Program-made: the position numbers and the translations under genes | In this document: one piece after another, positions 46,895 through 57,621 of the stretch | How positions within the stretch are numbered: position 1 is the first letter of the stretch | How the letters are laid out: every line of letters begins with the position of its first letter | Assembly (NCBI GenBank): GCA_963666055.2 | Contig: CAXWPH010000006.1 | Location: 128,001 to 192,000 of the forward strand | DNA: 64,000 nucleotides | Direction of reading: 5' to 3' | Origin: Acidobacteriota bacterium | GTDB lineage: Bacteria; Acidobacteriota; UBA890; WLXD01 | Notes under the pieces: generated by a model | What the model saw: the letters and a program-made list of their open reading frames with translations, nothing else | What the model was told of the DNA's origin: nothing | Database searches by the model: none

Positions 46895-47992
46895 ATGGCG
46901 AGCCGCTGGTTGGCGGTCGACAAGACGTTGTTCTGCGCCGTAGTCGCCATGATCGGGCTTGGCCTGGTCATGGTGTACTCCGCATCGTTCCCGATCTCTC
47001 AACGTGCCTACGGTCACGATCTGTACTTCGTGACGCGGCAGGCGATTGGCGTTGTCGCCGGGCTCGGAGTGCTTGTGGCGGGGCTACTCACCGATTATCG
47101 GATCTATCGCAGTCGGCTCGTGGTCGCCGGTTTCGTAGCCGCCACGCTGGGCGCCTTGGTCCTGGTTCTGCTGATGCCTGAGTCTCGGGGCGCGCATCGC
47201 TGGCTCCCCTTGGGGCCACTCAACGCCCAACCATCAGAGATCGCCAAGCTCGCCGTGATCCTGTTCCTTGCCTCCTATCTCTCCCGCAAGGACGAGACCA
47301 TCAACGAACCGTGGCGCGGGCTGACGCCGCCCCTCACGGTGGTGGCCGCGATCGTGTTCCTGATCGCCATCGAGCCCGACCTCGGCACCGCGTTGATGGT
47401 GATCAGCATCGCTGCCACGATGCTCTGGGTGGCTGGTCTCTCGTGGAAATATATCGCCAACGTGGGCGTTGCCGTGACCTTCGCCGCCTCCGTACAGATC
47501 TTTCGGTCGGGCTACCAATCGCGTCGTATCGTGGCCTGGCTGGATCCGTGGGCTGATGCTCAGGACGCCGGATACCAGACGCTGCAGTCGCTGATGGCCG
47601 TGGGGTCCGGAGGCCTGAGCGGCGTCGGCTTCGCCGCCGGCCATCAGAAGAGTGGCTTTCTCCCGGATCCCTACACGGACTTCATCTACGCTGTGGTTGC
47701 CGAGGAGTTCGGCCTGCTGGGGGCAGGGGCAGTGGTGCTCGCTTTCATGGTCGTGCTCTGGCGCGGCCTGCGGGCCGCGCTCCGCGCGCCAGACAAGTTC
47801 GGGTTTTACCTCGGTACCGGGCTCACGTGCTATTTGGTTTTGCAGGCGCTGATGAATATGAGCATCGTGGTAAACCTATTACCGACGACCGGCATTCCAT
47901 TGCCTCTGATCAGCTACGGTGGCTCCTCCATGGTGATCTGCTGCGCTGCGGTCGGCGTTCTCTTGAACCTTTCTCAGCACGCCCACGCATGA
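46895..47992 (+). CDS. ftsW: SEDS peptidoglycan polymerase FtsW
   Basis: MVYSAS, QPSEIAK, EPDLGT, TDFIY, EEFG, PLISYGGSS. Confidence 0.95.
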   Translation: MASRWLAVDKTLFCAVVAMIGLGLVMVYSASFPISQRAYGHDLYFVTRQAIGVVAGLGVLVAGLLTDYRIYRSRLVVAGFVAATLGALVLVLLMPESRGAHRWLPLGPLNAQPSEIAKLAVILFLASYLSRKDETINEPWRGLTPPLTVVAAIVFLIAIEPDLGTALMVISIAATMLWVAGLSWKYIANVGVAVTFAASVQIFRSGYQSRRIVAWLDPWADAQDAGYQTLQSLMAVGSGGLSGVGFAAGHQKSGFLPDPYTDFIYAVVAEEFGLLGAGAVVLAFMVVLWRGLRAALRAPDKFGFYLGTGLTCYLVLQALMNMSIVVNLLPTTGIPLPLISYGGSSMVICCAAVGVLLNLSQHAHA

Positions 47993-49221
47993 GCTCTGCG
48001 TCGACCGATTCGTCCCACGAGCCCCTCAGGGTGGCTCTTGCTGCCGGCGGCACAGGTGGACATCTGATGCCCGCCCTGGCGACCGCCGAGGCGCTGGCAG
48101 CACGGGTACGATGCGAGTTTCTGGTGATCGGATCGCAGCGTACCAGCGAGCGAGAGCTTCGTGACCTGGTCCCCTACCCCGTTGTCGAGGTGCGGGCTCG
48201 CGGCATGGTGGGGATGGGCATGACCGGACGCATGCGCGCTCTGGCTTCTCTCCCGGCTTCGATCGCGGCCGCCCGCCGGCACCTGGCAGGCTTCCGGCCG
48301 CATCTGGTGATTGCCACCGGCGGCTATGTATGCGGCCCCACTGGCCTGGCGGCATGGCTGGCCGGCATTCCGCTATTGGTTCTGGAGCAGAACGCCGACC
48401 CTGGCCTGACGACGCGATGGCTGCGTCCCTTTGCGCGTGCGATCGCGGTCTCGTTCGAGGAGACGGCAGGGCGTATTGGCGGCAAGGCGGTACTCACCGG
48501 GAATCCCGTGCGCGCTTCGCTGCCGTCGGCGCCGCGGCGCGATGGCCACGCGACCGCCGCGCACAGGAACGGTATTCACCTGTTGATCCTGGGCGGAAGC
48601 CAGGGGGCACGCGGACTGAACATGATGGCCGAGCTTGCTATCCCGATCTTGGCAGACGCAGACGTGGGCCTCAGGATCACTCACCAAGCTGGCAACGTCG
48701 ACCTCGACTCGCTGCGCAACGTGTACGACGAGCACGGCATTCCTGCCGTCGTAACGCCGTTCATCCAGAATATCGGTGAGGCTTACGCGCAAGCCGATCT
48801 GGTGTGTGGCCGTGCTGGCGCGACGACTATCGCCGAGCTGGCGTACTGTGGGCTGCCGTCGATCCTGGTTCCCTTTCCGAGCGCCGCTGGACGCCACCAG
48901 CATTCCAACGCAAGAGCCCTCCAACGAGCTGGGGCCGCCGTCATCGTGGAGGAGTCCGCGAACGGGCACCGGCTCGCCGAAGCGATTCTGGAGCTGGCGG
49001 CCGACGTCGACCGACGCGCCAAGATGTCGGCGGCGGCGGCGGCCTGCGGGCGAGACGCAGCCGCCGCGATGGTGGCAGATTTGGCACTGTCGCTGATCGA
49101 CGCTTCGGCGCCGCCGAGCCCGGCAAGCGCAACGACGACTGCGAGCTCGAACGCGACCCACGGTGGCCCCTTGCGCCGATCGATCGACGTCACCCGAAAA
49201 CGAGGTCCCCAGACATGCTGA
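47989..49221 (+). CDS. murG: lipid II GlcNAc transferase
   Basis: GGTGGH, GGYV, EQN, GNPVR, GGSQGA, RAGATT. Confidence 0.95.
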   Translation: MSSASTDSSHEPLRVALAAGGTGGHLMPALATAEALAARVRCEFLVIGSQRTSERELRDLVPYPVVEVRARGMVGMGMTGRMRALASLPASIAAARRHLAGFRPHLVIATGGYVCGPTGLAAWLAGIPLLVLEQNADPGLTTRWLRPFARAIAVSFEETAGRIGGKAVLTGNPVRASLPSAPRRDGHATAAHRNGIHLLILGGSQGARGLNMMAELAIPILADADVGLRITHQAGNVDLDSLRNVYDEHGIPAVVTPFIQNIGEAYAQADLVCGRAGATTIAELAYCGLPSILVPFPSAAGRHQHSNARALQRAGAAVIVEESANGHRLAEAILELAADVDRRAKMSAAAAACGRDAAAAMVADLALSLIDASAPPSPASATTTASSNATHGGPLRRSIDVTRKRGPQTC

Positions 49222-50651
49222 AACGCGTACGCCGCCTCCACTTCGTCGGCATCGGCGGCATCGGCATGAGCGGCATCGCCGAGCTACTGCTGAACCTCGA
49301 CTACGAGGTATCCGGGTCCGATCTGCGGCCGTCGTCTATCACGGAACGCCTGGAGCGCTTGGGTGGCACCGTGTTCGTCGGCCACGCGGCAGACAATGTC
49401 CGAGGCGCCGACGTCGTCGTAACATCATCTGCCGTTGGCGACGACAACTCGGAGGTAGTAGCCGCACACGCCGCCGGGATCCCGGTGATTCCCCGCGCCG
49501 AGATGCTTGCCGAGCTCATGCGCATGCGACACGGCGTGCTTATCGCCGGCTCGCACGGCAAGACAACCACAACCTCGATGATGGCGACCGTGTTCGAGGC
49601 CGCCGATCTCGACCCGACGGTCGTCATCGGTGGGCGCCTGGAGGCCTGGGGAAGCAACGCTCGTCTCGGCCAGGGAGAGTTCATGGTTGCCGAGGCGGAC
49701 GAGAGCGACGGCTCGTTCTTGCGGCTCAGTCCGACGATTGCCGTGGTGACCAACATCGATCTCGAGCATCTGGATCACTACGACAACTTCGATGCCCTCA
49801 AGGACGCCTTCGTCGAGTTCCTCAACAAGGTCCCGTTCTACGGCACGGCGGTCGTTTGTCTGGACGACCCCGAGCTCCAGGAAGTCATGCCGCGGGTGAC
49901 GCGCAAGCTCCTCACTTACGGAACGAATCCGCAATCTGACATCTGCGCGTCGGCGGTCCAGGTGAGCGCCGAAGGCACTCGACTCACTTGCCACGCCGGC
50001 GCTGACGAGCTCGGCGAGATCCAACTGCGCGTGCTCGGACGACACAACGCGCTGAACGCTCTCGCCTGCGTCGCGGTGGGACTGGACCTGGGGATTGCGT
50101 TTCCCACCATCGCCGACGCGCTGGCGAGCTATGCCGGCACCGACCGCCGCTTCCAACGAGTCCATTCGGGCGGCGATATTCTCGTCGTCGACGACTATGC
50201 CCACCACCCCACCGAGATCCGTGCTGTGCTGGGAGCCGCCGGCGAGGCGTTTCCGGATCGACGCAAGATCGTCTGCTTCCAGCCGCATCGCTACAGTCGA
50301 TCGCACTTGCTTCGCGACGACTTCGGCCGCGCCTTCTACGATGCCGACATAGTGCTCGTACTACCGATCTACGCAGCCGGCGAGGAGCCCATTGTCGGCG
50401 TGACCGGAGAGGATCTGGCGCTGGCCATGAGCCAGCATGGCCAGCGCCAGGTGATCAGCGTCGCTGACCTGGAAGCGGCGTTCGAGTCGGTTACTCAGTA
50501 CGCCCGACCGGGCGACATCGTGCTGACGCTCGGTGCGGGCGACGTTTGGAAGCTCTCGCGACGGGTCGGCGAATGGCTCTCTGGCGTTGAGCGCGGCGTC
50601 GCCGACGAGGTGGGCGAGAGCGTCGACCAGCCGTCGACGGACGAAGGATAG
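49215..50651 (+). CDS. murC: UDP-MurNAc:L-Ala ligase
   Basis: GIGGIGMSG, GSHGKTTT, EADESD, DDYAHHPTE, FQPHRYSR. Confidence 0.97.
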   Translation: MLKRVRRLHFVGIGGIGMSGIAELLLNLDYEVSGSDLRPSSITERLERLGGTVFVGHAADNVRGADVVVTSSAVGDDNSEVVAAHAAGIPVIPRAEMLAELMRMRHGVLIAGSHGKTTTTSMMATVFEAADLDPTVVIGGRLEAWGSNARLGQGEFMVAEADESDGSFLRLSPTIAVVTNIDLEHLDHYDNFDALKDAFVEFLNKVPFYGTAVVCLDDPELQEVMPRVTRKLLTYGTNPQSDICASAVQVSAEGTRLTCHAGADELGEIQLRVLGRHNALNALACVAVGLDLGIAFPTIADALASYAGTDRRFQRVHSGGDILVVDDYAHHPTEIRAVLGAAGEAFPDRRKIVCFQPHRYSRSHLLRDDFGRAFYDADIVLVLPIYAAGEEPIVGVTGEDLALAMSQHGQRQVISVADLEAAFESVTQYARPGDIVLTLGAGDVWKLSRRVGEWLSGVERGVADEVGESVDQPSTDEG

Positions 50652-50653
50652 AG

Positions 50654-51607
50654 ATGTTGGCAACCCGGCCCCCGATCGCAGGCGCGTCCTGGACCGATAC
50701 GGCGATCCGCGCCATGGAAGGCGCGGCGCGGGCAGACGGCTGGCGCTGTGTGCGCGACGAGCCGCTGGCGTGCCACACCTCGATGGGCGTCGGGGGCCCA
50801 TGTCCGTTCATGCTATGGCCGCGACACCAGGAAGATGTCCGTGCCATGGTCGCGTGGATGGGCTCGCGCCGGCTCCAGTGGCACGTGCTCGGAGGCGGTA
50901 GCAACCTGCTGGTGGCCGGCGAGGGTGTCGCCGCGCCAGTCATCAACATGACGAGTGCGGCAGACCGATTGTGGCTTGACGGCAACGTCTTGCGGCTTCC
51001 GGCGAGCCTGCCGATGGCGCGAGCGGTACGCTACACCATTGCTCGAGGGCTGGATGGGCTGGTGTGGTCGGCGGGGTTACCCGGAACCGTCGGCGGCGCA
51101 GCCGCCGGCAACGCCGGTTGCTGGGGTGGCGACATGCAGTGCTGCACTGCCGACGTCGATGTCGTGAGCTCGTACGGCCAGACACATCGAATCGAAGCTG
51201 CCGACCTGGTGTGGGCATACAGAAGCCTGGCGCTGCCGAGCGTTTCCGCCCCCTGGACGATCATCGCGGTGGGCGTTCGCGTTGAACAGGGTGACGCCAC
51301 CCGACTCACCGAGCGTTACGACGAGCTGCAGCAGCGTAAGCGCCAACGGCAGCCAGTTGGCGCGCGCAACTCAGGCTGCATCTTCCGCAATCCTCCCGAC
51401 GGCGACAGCGCCGGCCAGCTGATCGATGACGCCGGTTGCAAGGGCCTCCGCGTCGGCAATGCCGTGGTCTCCGATCGTCACGCCAACTTCATCGTCAACC
51501 TCGGTGACGCCAGTGCGCACGACATCGAAGAGCTGATCGATTGCGTGATCTCGCGGGTTCATGACCACAGCGGCACGATTTTGGACTCGGAGATCCGGCG
51601 ATGGTAG
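50654..51607 (+). CDS. murB: UDP-N-acetylenolpyruvoylglucosamine reductase
   Basis: GGGSNLL, PGTVGGA, NAG, GCIFRNP, HANFIVN. Confidence 0.93.
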   Translation: MLATRPPIAGASWTDTAIRAMEGAARADGWRCVRDEPLACHTSMGVGGPCPFMLWPRHQEDVRAMVAWMGSRRLQWHVLGGGSNLLVAGEGVAAPVINMTSAADRLWLDGNVLRLPASLPMARAVRYTIARGLDGLVWSAGLPGTVGGAAAGNAGCWGGDMQCCTADVDVVSSYGQTHRIEAADLVWAYRSLALPSVSAPWTIIAVGVRVEQGDATRLTERYDELQQRKRQRQPVGARNSGCIFRNPPDGDSAGQLIDDAGCKGLRVGNAVVSDRHANFIVNLGDASAHDIEELIDCVISRVHDHSGTILDSEIRRW

Positions 51608-52452
51608 CGACGAGCGGAAAACGCGCCCCGCAGTTCCTGCGCTCGGTGCACAACCGCCCGGCACTACGCCGACGGAGCAATTTGGCGATCTTTGGGCAAC
51701 TCATGCTGGTGGCCTCCGGGATCGCTTTCGGTGGCGGCCTTGCCTATAGCGGCTACGGCTACGCCGCCAGCAGCGACCGCTTTGTCTTGCGCGAACTGGC
51801 CGTGGACGCGGTGCCCGAGCGCATCCGCAATACGGTGCGTCAGCAGCTCGAGCCGGCGCTGGGCCGGAACCTACTGACGCTCGATCTCGATCCTCTTCGG
51901 GCGCGTGTGGAGAGCATCCCGCAGGTGCGTACGGCTCGCGTTCGGCGGTTGCTACCGGAAACGCTGGAGGTGGAGGTGTCGTTGCGCGGTCCCTGGGGCC
52001 GACTACACGCCCCGGATGGCGCTTGGTTGGTATCAAAGGGCGGCGTATTGCTCGGCCCCGACCCGCAGTCCGACCCCAGCCTACCGCGCCTACGGATGAC
52101 CACTGCAGTACGTCCGGCACTCGATGCAACGCGCAAGGTCCCTCGCCAAAGCCCCGGCGGAGCGTTCTTCGACGACGCTGTTGTGATCGTCGACTGGCTG
52201 CGCCAGACACGCCGCGACCTATTCGGCCAGGTCGCCTACGTGCGGCTCGAACCCACCGGCGTCGTGTTGGTGCTTGCCGGTCCGCTGCGCATGCTGCAGG
52301 TTGGCGACGCTTCGCGCTTGCAGACCAAGTTCGACAACCTGCACGCGCTGACAACGCGCCGATCGTTGCCCAACCGTGCGGTCGTCGACCTGCGACACCG
52401 CGACATGGTCGTGGTGCGCGCGGCTGAAGCGGACACCGGAGCTGAGGACTAG
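51601..52452 (+). CDS. ftsQ: cell division protein FtsQ/DivIB
   Basis: TM, POTRA (VRRLLPETLEV), C-terminal VDLR; precedes ftsA. Confidence 0.85.
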   Translation: MVATSGKRAPQFLRSVHNRPALRRRSNLAIFGQLMLVASGIAFGGGLAYSGYGYAASSDRFVLRELAVDAVPERIRNTVRQQLEPALGRNLLTLDLDPLRARVESIPQVRTARVRRLLPETLEVEVSLRGPWGRLHAPDGAWLVSKGGVLLGPDPQSDPSLPRLRMTTAVRPALDATRKVPRQSPGGAFFDDAVVIVDWLRQTRRDLFGQVAYVRLEPTGVVLVLAGPLRMLQVGDASRLQTKFDNLHALTTRRSLPNRAVVDLRHRDMVVVRAAEADTGAED

Positions 52453-52457
52453 CGACG

Positions 52458-53696
52458 GTGGCCCGCCTCGAACGCTACATAGTCGGACTCGACATCGGCA
52501 CCACCAAGGTGTGCGCGGTGATCGCGGAGGCGCATCCGGACGGCGAGCTCGAGGTGGTGGGAGTAGGCCTGGCGCCCTCACGCGGCCAGAAGAAGGGCGT
52601 CGTGGTCGATATCGAGAGCACGGTCGAGTCGATCAAGGCGGCCGTCGAGGAGGCCGAGCTGATGGCCGGCGTGAGCGTCGATCGAGCCTGGGTCAGCGCC
52701 ACCGGCAGCCACATGCGCGGCTTCAACAGCCGCGGCGCTATCGGCCTCGACAGCCGCGCCCGAGAGGTGACCGAAGAGGATATCCGACGCGTTATTGACG
52801 CCGCCAGCGACCTCGATCTTCCGGGCGACCACGAGATCGTTCATCTGCTACCGCAGCAGTTCCTCGTCGATGGCCAAGACAACATCATCGATCCGCTCGG
52901 CATGTCGGCGAAACGCTTGGAGGTGAGTCTCCACTTGGTGGTGGCATCGGTGTCGGCAATACAGAACCTGGTGAACTGCGCTAATCGGGGCGGTATCGAG
53001 GTGCAGGCGGTGGTACTCGAGGCGCTGGCTGCCAACGAGGCCGTGCTGTCGCGCGACGAGCGCGAGCTCGGGGTCGCCCTCATCGACATCGGTGGTGGCA
53101 CCACCGACCTGGTTTGCTTCCAGAGCGGTGCGGTGTGCCACACGTCGGTATTTCCAGTCGGCGGCGAGAACTTCACGAACGACGTCTCGGTGGTGCTCAA
53201 GACCCCACTTCCTGAGGCGGAGAAGATCAAGGTTCGCCATGGCGTCGTGCTTCCCGACCTGGTTCCCGATGATCAGTCGGTCGAGGTACCAGGAATCGGT
53301 GGGCGTGCCTCATCGCTGGTGCCTCGAAGGCAACTTTGTGAGATCCTTAGGCTGAGAGCTGTGGAGATTCTCGACATGGTGCGCGATGACATTCGTCGCT
53401 CCGGGTTCGCAGACGTACTCCACGCCGGCATCGTGCTTACAGGCGGTGGCGGTTTGCTCGAGGGACTCGCGGAAACGGCTGAGCAGCGGTTCGGGCTGCC
53501 GGTGCGTGTAGGGGTTCCTGATGAAGTGACCGGGCTGGTCGACTTGGTGTCGGGAGCCGGCTTCTCAACCGCTGTGGGACTGGCCTTGTATGGCCATCGC
53601 AACATTGGGGTAGCGTCGCGATTCGAGGTGCGGGACCCGACGTTCATCCGTCGGGTGCGAGGTCGTTTCGCGCGCTGGCTCACCGACTTGTTCTGA
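52458..53696 (+). CDS. ftsA: cell division protein FtsA
   Basis: GLDIGTTK, DIGGGTTD, VLTGGG, C-terminal amphipathic RFARWLTDLF. Confidence 0.97.
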   Translation: MARLERYIVGLDIGTTKVCAVIAEAHPDGELEVVGVGLAPSRGQKKGVVVDIESTVESIKAAVEEAELMAGVSVDRAWVSATGSHMRGFNSRGAIGLDSRAREVTEEDIRRVIDAASDLDLPGDHEIVHLLPQQFLVDGQDNIIDPLGMSAKRLEVSLHLVVASVSAIQNLVNCANRGGIEVQAVVLEALAANEAVLSRDERELGVALIDIGGGTTDLVCFQSGAVCHTSVFPVGGENFTNDVSVVLKTPLPEAEKIKVRHGVVLPDLVPDDQSVEVPGIGGRASSLVPRRQLCEILRLRAVEILDMVRDDIRRSGFADVLHAGIVLTGGGGLLEGLAETAEQRFGLPVRVGVPDEVTGLVDLVSGAGFSTAVGLALYGHRNIGVASRFEVRDPTFIRRVRGRFARWLTDLF

Positions 53697-53740
53697 GTGA
53701 TGCGCCGCTAGCGAACTGAATCCTGGAGTTTGGGGAGGGT

Positions 53741-55006
53741 ATGGGAATGAACGACGATCGGCCGGAACAGCAGCCGGAGCTTGAGGACTCGGGCGTAGAC
53801 GATGCCCTACCAGCAGGTTCCGACTCGCTTCCCTCAGACCATCCCATGGCTCTGCTGCCAGGAGATTCGATGCGTCACAACGCGCACATCAAGGTGGTCG
53901 GCGTAGGCGGCGGCGGCGGCAACGCCATTACCCGCATGATGATGGCTGGGCTCAAGGGCGTGGAGTTCATCGCTGCCAATACCGACGTGCAGGCGCTCGA
54001 GTCGAATACGGCGCCGTCGAAATTGCAGCTCGGCACCAACCTGACGCGCGGGCTGGGAGCCGGTGCCAACCCCGAGATCGGACGGCAGGCAGCGCTCGAG
54101 GACACTGATCGTATCGTTGCCGCCCTCGAGGGAGCGGACATGGTATTCATCACCGGGGGCCTGGGCGGTGGCACCGCCACCGGCGCCTCTCCGGTGATCG
54201 CACGGTTGGCCAACGAGCTCGGCGCCCTCACCGTTGCCGTGGTGACCAAGCCGTTCAGCTTCGAGGGTCGCCGCCGGATGATGCAAGCGGACCTCGGCCT
54301 CAAAGAATTGCAGGAAGCTGTCGACACACTGATCGCGGTCCCCAACGACCGCGTGCTAGCCACCGTATCGCCTGAAACCCCGCTGATCGATGCCTTCCGC
54401 CACGCAGATCAGGTACTCCATCAGGGAGTACAAGGCATCGCTGATCTCATCCTCGTCCCCGGCCTCATCAACCTCGACTTCGCCGATGTGCGCACGGTGA
54501 TGTCCGGGATGGGCATGGCGATCATGGGCACGGCGATGCGCGACGGTGACAATCGCGCCGCCGAAGCAGCCCACGCGGCGATCCACTCGCCGTTGCTCGA
54601 GGACACCACCATCGACGGTGCCCGCGGCGTGTTGATCAATGTCTCGGGCGGTCCGAGCATGACGCTGCACGAGGTAAACGAGGCGTCGACGATCATTCAC
54701 GCGGCGGCCGACGAAGATGCCAACATACTGTTCGGCGCGGTCATCGACGAGGCGCTCGAGGGGACCATCAAGGTCACGGTAATCGCCACCGGCTTCGAGC
54801 CATGCCCGAATATGCACAATGCCGTCCTGGCACACCGCGACGCCGTCGCTCCGGCCATGCGCCCTGCGGATGCCCCCTTCTTCACATCCGAGACAGCGGA
54901 GCCGGCATCGGGTACGCCGGCCGCAGCGTACAAGGCGTTTGACCTCGAAGAGGACGACCTCGAGGTACCTGCGTTCTTGCGGCACCAAGAGACCTCGAGT
55001 AGCTAG
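53741..55006 (+). CDS. ftsZ: cell division protein FtsZ
   Basis: [25 protein letters not shown]-terminal LEVPAFLR; signature loop reads GGGTATG. Confidence 0.97.
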   Translation: MGMNDDRPEQQPELEDSGVDDALPAGSDSLPSDHPMALLPGDSMRHNAHIKVVGVGGGGGNAITRMMMAGLKGVEFIAANTDVQALESNTAPSKLQLGTNLTRGLGAGANPEIGRQAALEDTDRIVAALEGADMVFITGGLGGGTATGASPVIARLANELGALTVAVVTKPFSFEGRRRMMQADLGLKELQEAVDTLIAVPNDRVLATVSPETPLIDAFRHADQVLHQGVQGIADLILVPGLINLDFADVRTVMSGMGMAIMGTAMRDGDNRAAEAAHAAIHSPLLEDTTIDGARGVLINVSGGPSMTLHEVNEASTIIHAAADEDANILFGAVIDEALEGTIKVTVIATGFEPCPNMHNAVLAHRDAVAPAMRPADAPFFTSETAEPASGTPAAAYKAFDLEEDDLEVPAFLRHQETSSS

Positions 55007-55156
55007 CAGACATCGCCCAATCGGACCCGCAGGCATGCGGCGCGCCAGCGGACGGCTACAATAGGGCCACTCCTTGTGCGCCATCGGTCGAGCGCTACCA
55101 GGGTGCTGAAGAAACGCTGCTAGAGGCGCGGGCCGATCCGCGACCACCCACGGACG

Positions 55157-56890
55157 ATGTCCACAATGAACCTACACGAGAGCGCACGTGCGCGACTTTC
55201 GCGCGAAGTTGCGCCTCTTGCGCTGGGCAACGCCAAGCTTCGGATGGCGCTCGCCTATCCCAATTGCTATGCGGTCGGAATGGCGAACCTCGGGCTGCAC
55301 AGCGTGTACCGCCAGGCTAATGCACATCCTGACGTCCGCTGTGAGCGTGTGTTCCTGCCCGACAAGGAGGAGCTGTCCGCCTACGATCGAACCGGCACGA
55401 AGCTGTTCAGTCTCGAGTCAAGCACGCCGGTGGGCGACTTCGATGTGCTGGCGTTTTCTACTTCATTCGAGAACGACTACCCGAATATCCTCCGGATACT
55501 CGAGCTGGCTGGCATCCCGTTGCGAGCCGAAGCACGAGACGAGCGTCACCCGCTGGTGGTCATGGGCGGGGCCGCCGTGTCGATCAACCCGGAACCGGTG
55601 GCGCCGTTCCTCGACGTGTGCTGCCTCGGCGAAGGGGAGGAACTGCTGGCGCCGCTGCTCGACGCGACGCTCGAGGCACGGTCGCGGCACGAGCTGCTCG
55701 AGGAACTCGCCACCCGGCCGGGCTTCTACGTGCCGTCGTTCTACGTGCCGCGCTACGAATCTGCCGACGTGGGCGAGCCACCGCGCTTTGCCAGCCTCGA
55801 GACCCGCGCCCCGGCGAACCCTACGATCACCAAGGTTCGGGCGCGCTTCGACGGCGTCGACCGCGTTGCGTCAACCGCGATCTTCGCTCCCGATAGCGAG
55901 CTGGGAGACCGGGTGCTCGTAGAGGTAGCGCGAGGCTGTACGAAGGGCTGCCGCTACTGCTGGGTCGGCTACAGCATTCTGCCGTTCAGGGTGCATGGCG
56001 TCGATGATGTTCTGCGGGCCGTGGAGCCGTGGCGGCCATATACCGACCGGGTAGGATTGGTGGCGACGGCGTTGCTCGACCATCCGGAGATCGAGGCAAT
56101 CGCCGCGGGCTTGCGTGAGCGCGGATTCCGCGTCTTCAGTCCCAGCCTCATCATCTCGACCCTCAGTGAGCCGTTGCTGCGTGCCGTCATCGAGTCGGGG
56201 CAGCGGACGATCACGATCGCCCCCGAAGCCGGTAGCGACCGCATGCGCCGGTTGATCATGAAGAAGATCAGCAACGAAGAGATCCTCACCAAGACCCGCA
56301 TGATCTTCCAGGCGGGCGCATTGAACTTGAAGAACTACATCATCATCGGGCTTCCCGGTGAGACTGAGGATGATCTCGAGGCCATCGTCGAGCTCGGCGA
56401 GCGAATGCGCGACATCATGATCCAGGAGGGTCGTGCCCGCGGCCGCATCGGCACGATCACGATGTCGATCAACTGCCTGATTCCCAAGCCCGGAACGCCG
56501 CTGCAGTGGGCCCCGCAGATCGACAGACGTACCTACCGAGCCAAGCTCAAGTGGCTGCGCCGACGCGCCGCCGGAGTCCCCAACCTGGTCATCGACGCCA
56601 TGCCACCGCGCTCCGCCGAGATTCAGGCGGTCATGTCACGCGGTGATCGCCGCGTCGCCGAGTTGCTCGAGGAGTGGCTTCACTGTGGTGAGTGGGCCCA
56701 GGCTTTCCGCACCTGGTCCGCAACGCACGGCGTCCCGATGGAGGAGTTTCTGCGCCAACGCGACCCCCTCGAACCGATGCCATGGGGTCATCTGCGCGTT
56801 GGGCCCGGGCTTCCGGCCCTGACCAACCAGTGGCGCAAGGCAGCGGACATCGCCGCCGAAGTACCGACGTCGCTGGCGGCGACGAGCTGA
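55157..56890 (+). CDS. radical SAM protein with B12-binding-like N-terminal domain
   Basis: YPNCYAVGMANLG, RGCTKGCRYC (CxxxCxxC), APEAGS, IGLPGET, PKPGTP. Confidence 0.88.
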   Translation: MSTMNLHESARARLSREVAPLALGNAKLRMALAYPNCYAVGMANLGLHSVYRQANAHPDVRCERVFLPDKEELSAYDRTGTKLFSLESSTPVGDFDVLAFSTSFENDYPNILRILELAGIPLRAEARDERHPLVVMGGAAVSINPEPVAPFLDVCCLGEGEELLAPLLDATLEARSRHELLEELATRPGFYVPSFYVPRYESADVGEPPRFASLETRAPANPTITKVRARFDGVDRVASTAIFAPDSELGDRVLVEVARGCTKGCRYCWVGYSILPFRVHGVDDVLRAVEPWRPYTDRVGLVATALLDHPEIEAIAAGLRERGFRVFSPSLIISTLSEPLLRAVIESGQRTITIAPEAGSDRMRRLIMKKISNEEILTKTRMIFQAGALNLKNYIIIGLPGETEDDLEAIVELGERMRDIMIQEGRARGRIGTITMSINCLIPKPGTPLQWAPQIDRRTYRAKLKWLRRRAAGVPNLVIDAMPPRSAEIQAVMSRGDRRVAELLEEWLHCGEWAQAFRTWSATHGVPMEEFLRQRDPLEPMPWGHLRVGPGLPALTNQWRKAADIAAEVPTSLAATS

Positions 56891-56892
56891 GG

Positions 56893-57612
56893 GTGGCCGC
56901 GGTTGGCGTCTTGCGCCTACCGGCGTTAGCCACTGCCCACGGCTTCGAGACGCGCCGGGGAACATTGGATGGCGATCTTCCCTCGCCTGCGGTTCGCCTG
57001 CGCCAAGTGCACGGCATGGAGGTGTTGGTAATCGACTCTGCCACCGAGCTACAGGAGTTCCAAAGCGCGACGGTCGAAGATCGTCCGTGCGGCGACGCGC
57101 TGATCACACGTCGCCGTGATGTCACGCTCGCGATCGCCACCGCCGACTGCCTGCCGGCGCTGGTGTTCGACGCGACAACCCGGTCCATCGGCGCCGCCCA
57201 CGCCGGCTGGCGCGGCGTAGCGCTCGGGGTGTTACCGGCAATGATGGGCGCGATGGTGCGCGAGTTCGGCACCGAACCGCGAGACTGTGTCGTCGCGCTG
57301 GGTCCGTGTATCGGCGCTGACGCGTATCGCGTGGGCAACGGTGTCGTGACGTCGTTTCGGGCCGCCGGATTACCGATGAGCGTATTTCGCCAGCCTCGCG
57401 ACGAAGGCACCCAGGAGGGCGCGCCGCAGCGGACGTGGCTGTGCGATCTGGTAGGTGCTGCGAGGTTCCAGTTGCAAGCGTGCGGCGTCGAGCCGTCGCG
57501 TGTACACGCCTGCGGACGTTGCACGCTCTCCGAGCCCGGCAACTTCCACTCCTATCGTCGCGACGGCGACGACGCCGGACGGATGCTGTCGGGAATCGCG
57601 CTGACGCGCTGA
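56893..57612 (+). CDS. pgeF: PgeF/YfiH (LACC1-like) peptidoglycan-editing factor / purine nucleoside enzyme
   Basis: QVHG, TADCLP, HAGWRG, GPCIG, CT, SYRR; start uncertain. Confidence 0.9.
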   Translation: MAAVGVLRLPALATAHGFETRRGTLDGDLPSPAVRLRQVHGMEVLVIDSATELQEFQSATVEDRPCGDALITRRRDVTLAIATADCLPALVFDATTRSIGAAHAGWRGVALGVLPAMMGAMVREFGTEPRDCVVALGPCIGADAYRVGNGVVTSFRAAGLPMSVFRQPRDEGTQEGAPQRTWLCDLVGAARFQLQACGVEPSRVHACGRCTLSEPGNFHSYRRDGDDAGRMLSGIALTR

Positions 57613-57621
57613 GCGCCGTAC

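Noticed and set aside
51367-51396. MurB with Cys instead of the catalytic Ser (GCIFRNP)
   Set aside because: Known natural variant class of MurB
50654-52452. Absence of ddl between murB and ftsQ
   Set aside because: ddl is frequently located outside the dcw cluster
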